In this document: positions 1 through 12,269 of the stretch, piece by piece
Numbering within the stretch: position 1 is the first letter of the stretch
Layout: each line of letters opens with the position of its first letter
Source of the DNA: Epiperipatus broadwayi
Lineage: Eukaryota > Animalia > Onychophora
Length of the DNA stretch: 64,000 nt
NCBI GenBank assembly: GCA_028023455.1
Contig: JAQFVV010000002.1
Location: forward strand, 6,944,001-7,008,000
Direction of reading: 5' to 3'
Made by a program: the position numbers and the translations under genes
Notes under the pieces: generated by a model
Databases searched by the model: none
The model's input: the letters and a program-made list of their open reading frames with translations, nothing else
What the model was told of the DNA's origin: nothing

Positions 1-770
1 TTATTGTTCCACAACTTTATTCTTTGTACTCTTTCTGCTTACAGACATTTGCATTCAATTAACAGATGCCTAGTATTTTCTAAGCCTTCCTTACATGACT
101 TGCAGACTAAATCACCCACATTTTACCATTTATATGTATATTCCCTTGTTGCTAAAGATTCTGGTTGAGCCTTAAATGGTAAACTACTTTCCTTGCTATT
201 ATCATAGATTAGCTCACATCCAATATTCTGCTTACTTCTATAAATATTTAAACTTTTTTACTCTCCATATTAGTTTTCCATCTCTCCAACTCCCTATTCT
301 TTATTAATGCATCTATTTTTTATCCCATTTCTTGCCACTATAACACTCATCAATTCTCCTAACACAATCATCCCACCTTTTGTATATGTATACTGATATA
401 AATTCTTTATCTAAATTTTCTGCATACTATACTACCTTTCTCACCCATCTTATTGCCTGCCCTTTACTCATAACCCAATTAAATATAATTTTGGCTATTG
501 CTCTTATTATCCATAAATTGCAATCTACTAAAAATTTTCATTTTGCTTTTTGCATCCCTTATACAAAAACTTGACCAACCCATTTCTCCTTGAATTGCCT
601 CCTTTGCCATTCACACTTCTGCATCTAATGCATGTCTTCCTAATTTTCTTTGTACTTTTTCTATGTAATCTAACACCCCTTTACTAACACATAACACATC
701 ATTATTATATCTCAACCCTGTTACTGTCACTTCCTTCCATATAATTCCAAAGCTTCCTTAATCAAAGCTC
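1..770 (-). mobile_element. Decayed non-LTR retrotransposon (LINE) 3' part of the RT ORF; same family as the 62.7-64.0 kb copy
   Basis: Collinear by eye with 62950-63720 (e.g. cattcaattaacagatgcc, gcagactaaatcaccca, ttattaatgcatctatt in both). The partner copy translates to LINE RT C-terminal motifs. ORF 380-574 is its antisense shadow. Confidence 0.8.
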
Positions 771-2149
771 CACCTATAATTTTGATGTTCAAGTATACAT
801 TCAATATTTCTTATATTATTTTTTTATAAGAAAAAATAATTTGGAAATTCATAAAAAGCTACAGAAGAAGTAAAAACTATTATTAAACAATATAAAGTAA
901 GTTGAAAATTTTTTTTAATTGTAGAAATTCAAAACATATTTGTAATATATAAAAGTCTTATTTTTATAAAAGAAAAATAAAAAAAAATACGGTCAAAGGG
1001 TGTAAAATAATATATTTTGTTTAAAAATTATTTCACTGACTTTCTATAAATGTTTGATAAGAATTTATTTACCACTGAAATATAAAGGTGTTATTCAATC
1101 AAATTTTCGGATATGGAAGTAATTTAAGATGAATAGAATAAGCTTAAATAAAATATTTTGCCATATTATTGATATTTCATGAGAACTGAAATAAAAATAA
1201 ATGCAATTAAAAGTGAAAATTGCAATGGCTTTTGATGCAAATAAGAGATTAATCTATTGCTCTATTGAAAATAAATTTTTAAAAATAATTAATTAAATGC
1301 TTTATTTAGATAGTAGCTACACAATGGGCAAAGATTTGAATAATTAATAAAAAAGAGTAGAAACTTTTGAAATATAAATTTTTGATTACTTGAAAAAAAT
1401 TGGATTAAAAAATTATTGAAAATTATAAAAGAGAAGAGGATTTTAAAATGTGTAAATTATGAAAAATATGTTTGAAAGAGTTGGCGGCTGAGTGGTTAGT
1501 ACAGCTGCCTTATTTGTCAGACGCTTTGACACATAAAAAAAAAGAGTTTGTAAAGTGTAAAAAAAAAATTAGCTAGTAGAAGAAAAAATTTATAATTAAT
1601 TTAAAAAAAATATATTTGCCTGATAATTATTCAAAAGCCAGAAAGATTTGATGTTGGTAAAAAATATTGGCTTTGTTGTACATGGCATTTCTTTAAGCCT
1701 AATAAAAAAATGTATAAAATAAAAAAATCCTGTCAATAATTATTATGCAAATAATGTTAAAAAAGTTGATATATATATATCAATGAATAATATTTATTAT
1801 TGAATAAAAATAATATTTCAGTTATTTAAATAAATATAAAATTGTTTTTTTAGGTCACAATAGATTTGTTTTCAGTTATAAGCCATCTAATTGACTGATT
1901 GTTTCCAGATAATTTTTATCAGAGAGTAAAACTCTTTCTATGCAAAAGTTTGCTAACACTGTGAAATGCTTTTATCATTTATTCATATTAGAAATTTGAT
2001 TATATTGTAAAATGGTGTTTTAAACGAAATTTTTTTATTTAATATATATATAAAGAATTTCACTTTTTTATAAATATATATAAGAAAAAAAAATTAAATC
2101 TGATATACTATTTTCTAAATAGGAAAATAATTTAAAATTAAAAAAATAA

Positions 2150-3320
2150 GATCTAAATGCATATCAAAATGGAAAAAGGAATTTCCTAGTGAGATATCAA
2201 GTATTACACTGATTACAGTAAAACATTTTCAATCACTACTGATCCACTGTAGAATTAAAGTATCTAGTTAGAGCTTCAACTATCCATCTCTTATCTTCTC
2301 TTCTAAAATAAGGTAATCCTATATCTTTTTCAATTCCTTCAATGATGTCAATAATTCCATTGTTTTTTCACCTGAATGTTTAATTTTCAGTCCTTTCTTA
2401 TTGCTCCCAGCACACATCTATCTTTACTTCATTTAATGATATGAAGTCTTCATATTTCTCTTTTGTTAAGTGTCCAAGTCCCAGATCTATAATTTAAGAA
2501 CAGGCAAAATACATCTAGCCTGTGTTTCAGTTATTTCTTTTATTATCAAAATATTTCTCTCAAAATGACTTTATCTATATTTAATTTTGTAATTAATTTA
2601 ATCTATTATGATTCCAAATGTATTAATAATTTGATCAAGGTATTTGTATAACTTCTTTTAATTCATGATTTTCTTCTGAGAAAATCTATTGAATATTTAG
2701 TATTTAGTTTCAATCCTACTTTTTTATTTTCATCTGACAAGTTTTTGAAATTCTGAAGCAATATTTGCAATAACAATTGCATAATCTGCAAAATCTAGAT
2801 GATTTAAATAAGATCAATGTATCTTTTTATTTAAATCCACAAAATATTTTAAATCTACAAAGTATTTCTTGTAAAACTGCTGTAAAAATGTTTTAATTAT
2901 GAAAGCCTTCTGTCATATATTCTTATCAATATTAAATTCAATTTGTGTCACTATATAATCTAAGCATTGTTGTTGCATTTTGATAAATATTCTTCAGGAT
3001 ATTACTATACCTCAGATATTTTTTTGATAGTACAAAGCTTTAATCACTGTAGAAATTTTTATAGACACAAATTCTTTTTCATTATCTACAATCCAAAGTA
3101 TACTGGTAACTCATATTCATTGATCCTTTCAATAATTTCTTACAATTCTTTTAATTCCACATTATTTTAATTGGATTGGTCCAAATTTTGCCATAGATGA
3201 CTTATAATTATCTGGTAAAAATCTTGTATAAAAGACTGATAAGTCTGCAATTTCTAATACACATTTTAAAAATGTTTCTTAAATATCAACATTTTTACTG
3301 CATTCTTCCAATCATTTGCT
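2150..3320 (-). mobile_element. Decayed RTE-like non-LTR retrotransposon RT
   Basis: Minus strand at ~2765-2810 reads YLNHLDFADYAIVIAN (cf. RTE LNHLRFADDIVL). An NYRPISLL-like relic (CRLISL..YKIF) lies at ~3225-3270 and a YKYLG-like relic at ~2630-2655. Many stops and frameshifts. Confidence 0.7.
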
Positions 3321-3489
3321 GTATTTTTATCATTTATATACTTAATATGCAATTTATCTATTCATTTATCAAATAATAATTTTTTTATTTTCTGAACATT
3401 TTCTCTTGTTTATAAAACTAAATTTATGTATTGCTTCTTTATTTAAAGTACTCAGCAATAAAGATAATGTAATAATTATAGTGATTACT

Positions 3490-3840
3490 TTAATATTAAT
3501 AATCAACATTAAGCTAATGCATGTGCACTTTGTAGATTTTAATTATAAATGAATACACTCATTTCCAAACACATGATAAAGTCTTTGTGAAAAGATAGAA
3601 TGAATCCATCTATCTTTTCAATCCAAATGTTTATGTATGGGCAAATCTTAAGTATTTGGAAATGAGAGCTTGAAGATGTTAAGCAATCACTTTAAATTAC
3701 TTTTACTATGCTTGATTGAATGACACTTGTGAAATTTCCTAGAATTTACGATACATCATTCTTATTTGAAATTAAATATATGTAAATGAAATATTTATTT
3801 TATATAGAGCTATGTTTATAAACTGTAATATTAATAATTA
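3490..3840 (+). repeat. ~330-bp dispersed non-coding repeat (family F330), near-full monomer with terminal redundancy
   Basis: Aligns by eye with 5212-5432, 31661-32311, 30712-30770 and (reverse) 60318-60445. Starts and ends with taatattaat. Contains hairpin gaaaagataga/tctatcttttc at 3589-3619. Confidence 0.8.
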
Positions 3841-4544
3841 CCTTTTTTATACATTTCATAATAGCATCTCTCTCTTTTAAGTAATAATTTAATCTTTTCT
3901 TCCTATTACTAAAATAACTTTATAATATATACTTTTTAGATTTTTATTGTTTTTCATAAGTTTCTTTGCCATTCAGACTAACATTTTCTTATGTCATTAT
4001 TAATTCTTTTCTATGTCATTTTATACAATTCCAGATATTCAATTATACTTTATGAAATATTTAAAAATATTTTTGTTTTTTTCTGTATATTGTATTGTCA
4101 TAGTTAAATATTTACTGATAATTTGATGCTTTTCCAACAAGTTAATTTTGTCTCAAGTCTTATAGAGTATCAGTTATATTTTTACTATATCTTTAAATCT
4201 GAATCATCATTAAAGTCTGTCAATGTTTTAAAATGATTAGTATATTGTAATTTAAATTCATGGAATATTTTTGCAAAAGTTAGAATTTTAAACTGTTAAT
4301 ACTGTATTTGTCTCACTAATTTTGCAGCAACATATATATGGATCTCGGTAATTGGTGATCACTGTTTATGTCAAATCTATTAAAAACATTACTGCCTTAA
4401 AACATATTTTTCAATAATCAAATTAGGATCTAATTCTGCTGTATTTTCATTAAGATTCTTCCATGTCCATTTTTGTTTATCATTTTTCTCAAAGGAAAAG
4501 TTCATAATATATTGTTTTGTAGTTGAGTTAGGCTCTTCATATTA

Positions 4545-5035
4545 CTAAAAGCAATATGTATAGTGAATTTTGCCTGTTTTAATAACAGTTATAAGCAAGC
4601 ATAAGAAATGGTGATCATGTGATGTTTAATTGGCTTAAAACCAATCCTGCCTAATAGGATAGTGGTGGCTATGGTTATTAAAGAACCAAAGACACCAAAA
4701 TGTATGGGTACTGAACTGAGTTCAGACCTATGTGACTATATAAGCTGATGAGCTTGGATTGAAAATAGTAAGGTGTTTTCAATTTAAGACTCGTAGTTTT
4801 GTAGTCAAGTGGAGATAAAAGGTGGCTGCTAGAGGGTTGCATTAGATCCTAAGATCTAGGTGCAGTGCTCTCAGATCCAAGGCTTTTCACTGACAAAGGG
4901 CACAAGCCAGAAACTAGTCTGGGAATATTGGATGAGTAGGCACTAGATGGGGATTTTATACACAAGCCTTCTGGCATCCATTGATTATTCTAGCTTGCTA
5001 TGTATGGCAAAACATATTGTGCATTTTGCCTGTTT
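4545..5035 (+). mobile_element. ~455-bp hammerhead-bearing PLE/retrozyme-like element (family H1), tail-to-head unit
   Basis: ttttgcctgtttt recurs at ~4568 and ~5023. Body aligns with 20894-21280 and 35989-36200. Degenerate hammerhead at 4884-4925 (CTGACAA core, intact GAAACTAGTC). Confidence 0.7.
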
Positions 5036-5211
5036 TAAAGTTTGAATATTACATATATTTTTGAAAAAATACAGACATTAAACTTAATTATATATATATA
5101 CATATAATGTCATGTGAAATTTACAATGTTTAAACCAGACTGCAGCCAGGCTATGTAAATCCTGGTGGGATTTTTTCAATTGGTTGCTTTCACAAAATTT
5201 TCTTTGAGATT

Positions 5212-5432
5212 TAATAGTAATATTAGCGATTAAGCCAATGCACATGTGCTTTAAAGATAAATTATAAATGAGTACTCTTAATTTTTCCAAACATGAGATA
5301 TAGTATTTTAGAAAGAATGGAATGAATCCAACCATTCTTTCGACCCAAATGTTTATGTATGGGCAAATCTTAAGTGTGTGGAATTAAGAGCATGATGGTG
5401 TTACACGATCACTTTAAATTACATTTGTTATG
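5212..5432 (+). repeat. F330 family partial copy
   Basis: Shares ccaaatgtttatgtatgggcaaatcttaagt and atcactttaaattac with the 3490-3840 copy. Perfect 10-bp hairpin at 5311-5341. Confidence 0.8.
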
Positions 5433-6354
5433 TTTGAGATTTAATGTAAATTTAAAAAAGATTTTAATTTTATATATTGAATGGGAGAAATGTAGCTTCC
5501 TGAAAGACTAACATTTTGACTTCAATTATAAGCTAATATAACCCTCACTACATGTCACATATTCAAACATGAATTTATATACTTTAGTCACATTTTCTTC
5601 ACTATTTAAATACTATACCTCTGTAGATAAAAGCATGGGTTTTTTTCTGAGCAGTTTTTTAATGGTGGAGACCATCATTTTTTGTAATAATTGGTTGCTT
5701 TAACAAATTTTTTAAAAGATTTTTATGTGGATTAAACAAAACATTTAAATATTATACAACTAAATTTCAAATTTTAATAAAGCTAAATTAAAATTTACAT
5801 TTTTAAATATACCTGTTATATTTGATATATCCTGGAGTGCCCTCTGAATGAATTTTTTTTGATAGTGTTCAACTAATCATAATAGTTTTTTAAGCTTTGT
5901 TAATAGTTCCATTTATTAACATTGGAATACAAAAACACTCATCATTTTTGTAATATTTTCTTATTAAATATATTATTTGTAATATTTTTTTAATGGTTGC
6001 TTTAACAATTTTTTTTAAGATTTAATGGAAATATGTTTTTTTTATTTATTAAACATTGCTAATTTATAAAAGTTTGTTGCCATTGCTAAGTATGTTCTTC
6101 ATCTAAATTATATTAGGGAATTAAACAACCTGAAAGCATGGAGGGCATTAATATCAAATTATGAATCAGGAGTTTGTGACTGTTTCTGCAGCTGGATGGG
6201 AATCTTTTCTGCAAAATATTATACTGTTTTTTTCCAAGCAGATTACTTTTCTTCATACAAATATAGTGGTTGTGATATAATTGGATAAACATTAATTCAC
6301 CAATCAGACAACAAAGAAAATATGGATTTTATATCTAATATAATAATTGAACCT

Positions 6355-6930
6355 CCCTTTAGCTGCCACATTCAATAACTTTTTACAATAAGAAAATTGA
6401 CACTTCTTATCATATTTCAGATCTTTTTAGAGTTATCCAAAACAATAACAGATAGAGAGCAAAATTAAATCAGTCTATGTATAGACTTAGTTTGCTATCT
6501 GGCTGTTAATTTATTACTATATAAAGTTATTGAAATAGCAGTCAGAGGGTGATGCAAATATTATTCAAAATAGACTTTGTAAATTTCACATGACATTATA
6601 TTTATTCCATATTCAAGTATTATTTATTATTACATATATAATGTGTTTATTTATTATATAGTTTTTGAAATGAGTGAAATATCTCAACCCAAGTTAATTT
6701 AAATTTTGATAAAAATCAATTTATATTCAAATATATAAGCTGATTAAATGTATTCTCTGGTACTGTTATTGTTTTGGATAACTCTAAATAAAAAGATCTG
6801 AAATATGGCAGGAAATGATCATTTTTTTACTGTAAAAAGTTATTGAACATGGCAGCTAGATGGCAGATCAATTGCTATTTAAAACAGACTTGGTACATTT
6901 CACATGGATAATATATTTATTCAGTAGTAA
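6355..6930. repeat. Local inverted plus direct repeat mosaic
   Basis: 6355-6460 is the reverse complement of ~6760-6860 (tttcagatctttttagagttatccaaaacaataacag / ctgttattgttttggataactctaaataaaaagatctgaaa). ~6523-6610 directly resembles ~6836-6925. Confidence 0.65.
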
Positions 6931-7774
6931 AATATTATTTAAGTAAAATATTATTATCATTACATATATATATAACATCATCTGAATTTATAGTTAGGAG
7001 TTTTGTTTTTTTGTGTTATTAAGAGCTTTGTTATTTAAAATTTTTTAATAATATTATTTTCAAATGTCAATGGCTTATTTCTAATTGGTACTATCCCATA
7101 TTAACTTTCATAGCACTTAATTTGTATATATATATAAAACTTAATAAGAATATTATAACCAAAAAACAGTAGTAAATGAAATTCAACAAAAGAATTGAAC
7201 AGATTTTAACGTGTGCATTGAAATAGTTTTATAGTACTAAAGAACCTCTTTCTAATGAGGTAGTTGTTAAACAACATAAAAATATTTCTTCATTAAAATA
7301 ATAATATCAACAAAAATTGATATGGGAACCAAAACACTTAACAATATTATAAATACATAATTTCAATGATTCCAAAATTTTTGATAAATTCTGCAACATT
7401 TTGAAATAAAAAATTAAAATGTATAGACAATTCCAGACAGATTGTATTAAAAAAAATGTTAAAATTATATAATTTTTTGGAATATATATATAAAGTAAAT
7501 TATTGTTTTTACTTTAGAATTTTTCATGCATATATTTATATATAATTACTACAAAGATTTTCATTGGATCTTCTCCAGAATTATTTTAAAATACTTTAAT
7601 TATTTCAGTAATATATAGAAAAATTTATAGGACAAAAATATTTGAGCATACAAATTATACCAACTAAATGATTTAGTATTAAAATAAATTAACTGACTAA
7701 AAGTAGTAGAAATAATAGAAAATATTAGCAATTAAAGATCCATAATGTTTGATTAAATAGTATAGAAGCATTAC

Positions 7775-7923
7775 CTTTAGTGAGTCCAAAACAGAAACCC
7801 CATTCTTCAAAAGATATTATCCTATCTTTATTCACATCACAGTTGTACAAAAATTGCTCTGCACAATTGTAAATCCGAATAATTCTTGCTCTAAAATTGC
7901 TTAATTCACATCTTGAAATATAT
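7775..7923 (-). CDS. SPARC: Exon of SPARC-like gene: second half of EC domain (end of EF-hand 1 and EF-hand 2)
   Basis: 149 bp, cattag acceptor and gtaatg donor. Translation (R)YISRCELSNFRARIIRIYNCAEQFLYNCDVNKDRIISFEEWGFCFGLTK has a canonical EF loop DVNKDRIISFEE and the SPARC-type C...CD.N.D..I...EW..C.GL pattern. Phase 2 in, matching the 36272-36485 exon. Confidence 0.93.
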
Positions 7924-9486
7924 CTAATGATAAAAAAAGATAGAGTTTGATTTTATGTTACAATCAGTTACAATTTTTCAGATCATATGTTAAATAAATA
8001 ATTAATCAAATGGTGGTTATTCACACGATGTTCAAGTGCTGGAAATCTTAAATAGGATATGATCCAGTCTGCCATTCTACCAAGGTACAAATTATGCAGA
8101 ACAGGTTTTTTTAATGAAACAATTATGACTAATCAAATTTTGTTGAAAAGAATATAAAAATATTGAAGAAATGTGAAAATAAAATAGTAGCCATAAATAA
8201 TAATTTAAAATTTCATTAATTTTTAAGGTATTCAAATTTTATACATCAATTTAGAAATATATGTTATGTTTGCTTAAAGGTGTGATAATGAATTTAATTT
8301 GTAATTAAACATTGGACTATTTTCATAATTAATTTCAATTGATAAAAGTTTTTAGAAAAACACAATTATATTTATACATATCCAATTGCTTTCAAATGTT
8401 AACAATAATACACAGATTAGTATAAAACCCAATACTTCAAATGATATTTTTCTCCTCTCTACTTGAGATATTATTTGTCATGACCAATGAAAAGTCTAGC
8501 ATAGGGATTAAATTAAAAACCTTAAGATTCATGAGTATTAGACTTAAGATATCTAAATAATTAGGCACAGACAATAATCAGTAGAATTTTTTATACTTGT
8601 ATGTGGGGTACTTTAAATTTCTTCATTTCTTTTCTTTTATGGACAAGTTTGAAGAGTGTTTCCCAAACATTGTAGATTATCATACTCATTTGACTTATGT
8701 AGTTGTTTACTATCATGTGTCAATTTTTATTGTTATTTGTTACTTGTCTAATTTTTTTGTGTTTTCCCAATAAAGCTTTATGATATATGCATAACCTGTT
8801 ATTTTAAATGTGTTTGTTGTATTATTATTTTATACTCTTTTAATTATTTTTTGATGATGAAACTAAGTTTACGAATGTATGCACTTTACATTCACATGAT
8901 ATTTCATAGATACACTTTCTACATCCCCTCATATTTCAACTTAGCTTTTATACAATTCAGATTTTTTTCACTATGGGCTATGGCTTTGGAAAGCTGTACT
9001 AATTCTGTATTGGTAACATATTTTTTATTACTTAAATATCTCTAATCACATATATTAGATTTTTCTTAAGCTTCTATTAATGATAGATTTACTTTTGAGT
9101 TACTAAATTTTTCTGATCATTCTAAACCAAAAAATTATTTTATAAATATATGATTATCCTATAATGTACACAATTTCTTTATATTTTTATTATTATAATA
9201 GATTCACTAATAAGAACTTCAAGTCTCAGAATCTATCATCCTGATTCCAAGTTGGATGTTCTACCAATCAAATCAATCCATGCAGGGGTTATTCATTATA
9301 AAATAAATCTATGAAACCAAAAAACTCAAACCCTAGCAAATAGCAAATAAAATAAATTATATAAAAACATTATTATGAATATATTAAAAAATCAAGTATC
9401 ATTCTGAACAATTATTTTAATTTCTTGATAGAAATCTTTTATAGTTTTTTTTTAAAAAAAAATGTAATTAGTAGCATTAGTTAGTG

Positions 9487-9881
9487 CAGGGGTCCCCAAC
9501 CTTTTTCCACTTAAGAGCACATTCTATAATACCGGACAGGTGGCGGACATCATTTATTTTTTTCAACCAGATGGTGGGCATCATTTATTTTTACAATGTA
9601 AATTTATAATTGGATATTGTTAATAATACATATAATGTACAAACAAATATTTATTTCAAAAATAAAATTTTAACATATAATTAACGTTTATATTTTTACG
9701 CTGTAAAAGTATAGTATGCCCTACAATTTGATTACAATATAATACAATAATTTATAAGAAATTTTAAAAATTAAATTTATTTGTATCAGATAATTTTTTA
9801 TCGAGTTTGGATAGCAGCGGGCACACATAAAATGGTCTGCAGGCGCCATGGTGCCCGTGGGCATAGAGTTGGGGACCCCTG
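9487..9881. mobile_element. hAT-superfamily MITE (395 bp)
   Basis: Perfect 14-bp TIR caggggtccccaac/gttggggacccctg. Exact 8-bp TSD agttagtg at 9479-9486 and 9882-9889. Confidence 0.93.
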
Positions 9882-12269
9882 AGTTAGTGCTATGTCCAGT
9901 AGTAGCCTCATTACAATCAAAAATACAGTAAATACAATAAATGTTTGTATGTATATAAAACTTAACAAAGAAGTAAAAATTAGAATTAGAGTAACAATAT
10001 ACTGTATGATTAAATATGATTTAATACAACATAATTTATTATCAGAATATATACAATAATTTATTTATTTACAAAAAATTTCACTCTAAGGTTTACATAA
10101 AAAAATAGAAATGTATGATATACTTCAACCCTATATCTACTTTGAATCTTAGAGGGATAAAATGTTTTTGAAACTAATATTTTTGACATTGCAATAACAT
10201 AAGATGACATCTAGAAACTGTTTAATGTTGGTGTGTGTTTTCTTTACATTAAAAGGCAAATAGTTTTCTTCCAGATAAAATGTGTTTCAAACTAGATTTA
10301 TGTCTGGGAATTTTCAGAATGTTACTAGTCAATAATTACAATAATAGAATTAAGTTTTTTACATTATCTAGCTTCCAGTTTTATTAAATTACTTTTTAAT
10401 AAATCTTTTCTGTTCTTTTTTTTGTCTATGATTGGCAGAATATCAATTCATTTTTTGAAAAATCCTCCTAGTTTTTAGATTGTTTTCTAAATTGATTCAT
10501 TTAGTAAAAAAGTATTGTTTTTTTTTAAATTCATCTGCTATGAATTTTTTGAATTCAATACTTTTTCTCAATCATTTCAAGAACTATAAAACATTCATTT
10601 TTGTCTATTCTACCTTAATTTACCTACACAATGTTTATTTGATTCAATTTTATTTGAGTGGTATTTGATCCAAATGTTTTCCAACGATTAATTTAATAAT
10701 TTTTCTTTATTTCTCTCTGAATACAAATTACAAACTTTTATCTGAAGCTGTGGTATGCTATGAAATTTATAAGCAGGGGTGCTTTATTACAAGTATCACC
10801 ACCAAAAAGTAAGTTAAAAAAACAGAACATTTCTAATTTTCCAATGCCATAATCATTTTGTTTTTTCATACCAAGCATTATTGATAAATCTAATGTATTT
10901 TTTTAATTTTACTAACTGCTGTTTAATATTAATCTGGAATATATTGACCTTTACTTTTTATTTCAATTTTTTCATGTAATGACAATTAGGAAAATATAAT
11001 TTTTTTATGTATTCTATATTAACACCCATCATAAATATTTAAAATAATATTTATTTTTTTATATTGCTATATTTTTCTGTAATTCTAAAAATATATTATT
11101 TTCTTCTTCTTGTAATTATTGTAATTTACATATATAAACCTTTTGAACATTTAATCAGGAAAAAGTAATACCATTTTTATTATAGTTATAATTTGCTGAG
11201 CATGCTTTCAACATTAATGATCAGAATCATAGTTCTCATATTTTGTTACCAGAATCAATACAACATTTAAATAAAGTGCACATTATATAAGTGCCCTGTT
11301 TGTTTGTTCCATTCTTTTGACTAGGGAACATTGGATTCTTTGGGATTTATGTTTATGTGTTAATTTATAAATATTAATTACAAGAAAAAAAAAACTAATA
11401 TTTTCTGACACATTCTAAATAAAAACAATAAAAATTTATTTGCTCTGTAGGGAAACCAGAATGGATAAACATACCATGTTTAAATAATTATCAACACTGT
11501 GGCAATGAACAGTTTCAGTAACACAAGTTACATTATCAAAAGCAAATGAATCTTGGCAGAATTTTCTGAAATTCACCAAATATGGTGTTTCTGACACTAC
11601 CATAATTAGCAGGGCCTTTGAATAGAATCTCAAATCTTACTTAAAATAATTCTTTTTAAAACTGGTTTAATTAGTTGTATGTACATAATAATTATGCAAA
11701 ATATTGAATGGTTACATTATTGATTTTTAAGCACTAATTAATAATTATTTTTTGTACTTTTTGTGGGAGTGCTGTAGTGTCACAGTGCTTATGAACCAAA
11801 TGCCACTGATCTGATGTTTTCACTTCTCTGATGACTTCCCTACTTTTGTTATTGATGTTGGATATTGTTGTAGAAGAGCAGATAATATTGCATCATGATA
11901 ACATATTTCTTCCTATCATTAATAATCTCATTTAATTAATATAAAACTGGAGCTGTGATACAAAAATAGTTTGTATAATTTTTCTATAGTCTTTTTAGAG
12001 TTAATTAATTAATCAATATTCAGCCCATTTAGAAAAAAAATCTACAATTATTAGATATATGCAAATTCATTGCTATGGGATTTTATAATTTTATTCATAT
12101 CATTTTTAGGTGATAATTTTGTGGATGATTAATATTTGTACATTTTCTGATCAAATTTCTCTTTATCATTATTTTTTATGGTTATCAGACATAGCAACAG
12201 AAACTGTCGCTTCATAATAATTTTGATATTTTTGTCTTTTTTAGATGGAATTATAGCATGAAAACTCAT

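Noticed and set aside
3850-4540. Possible further PLE/LINE relic on the minus strand
   Set aside because: Only vague motif echoes, too decayed to support a call.
11436-11633. 65-aa Cys-containing ORF with an internal gtatgt donor
   Set aside because: Phase 0 end cannot join the phase-2 SPARC exon, the acceptor is weak, and no homology is recognised on either strand.
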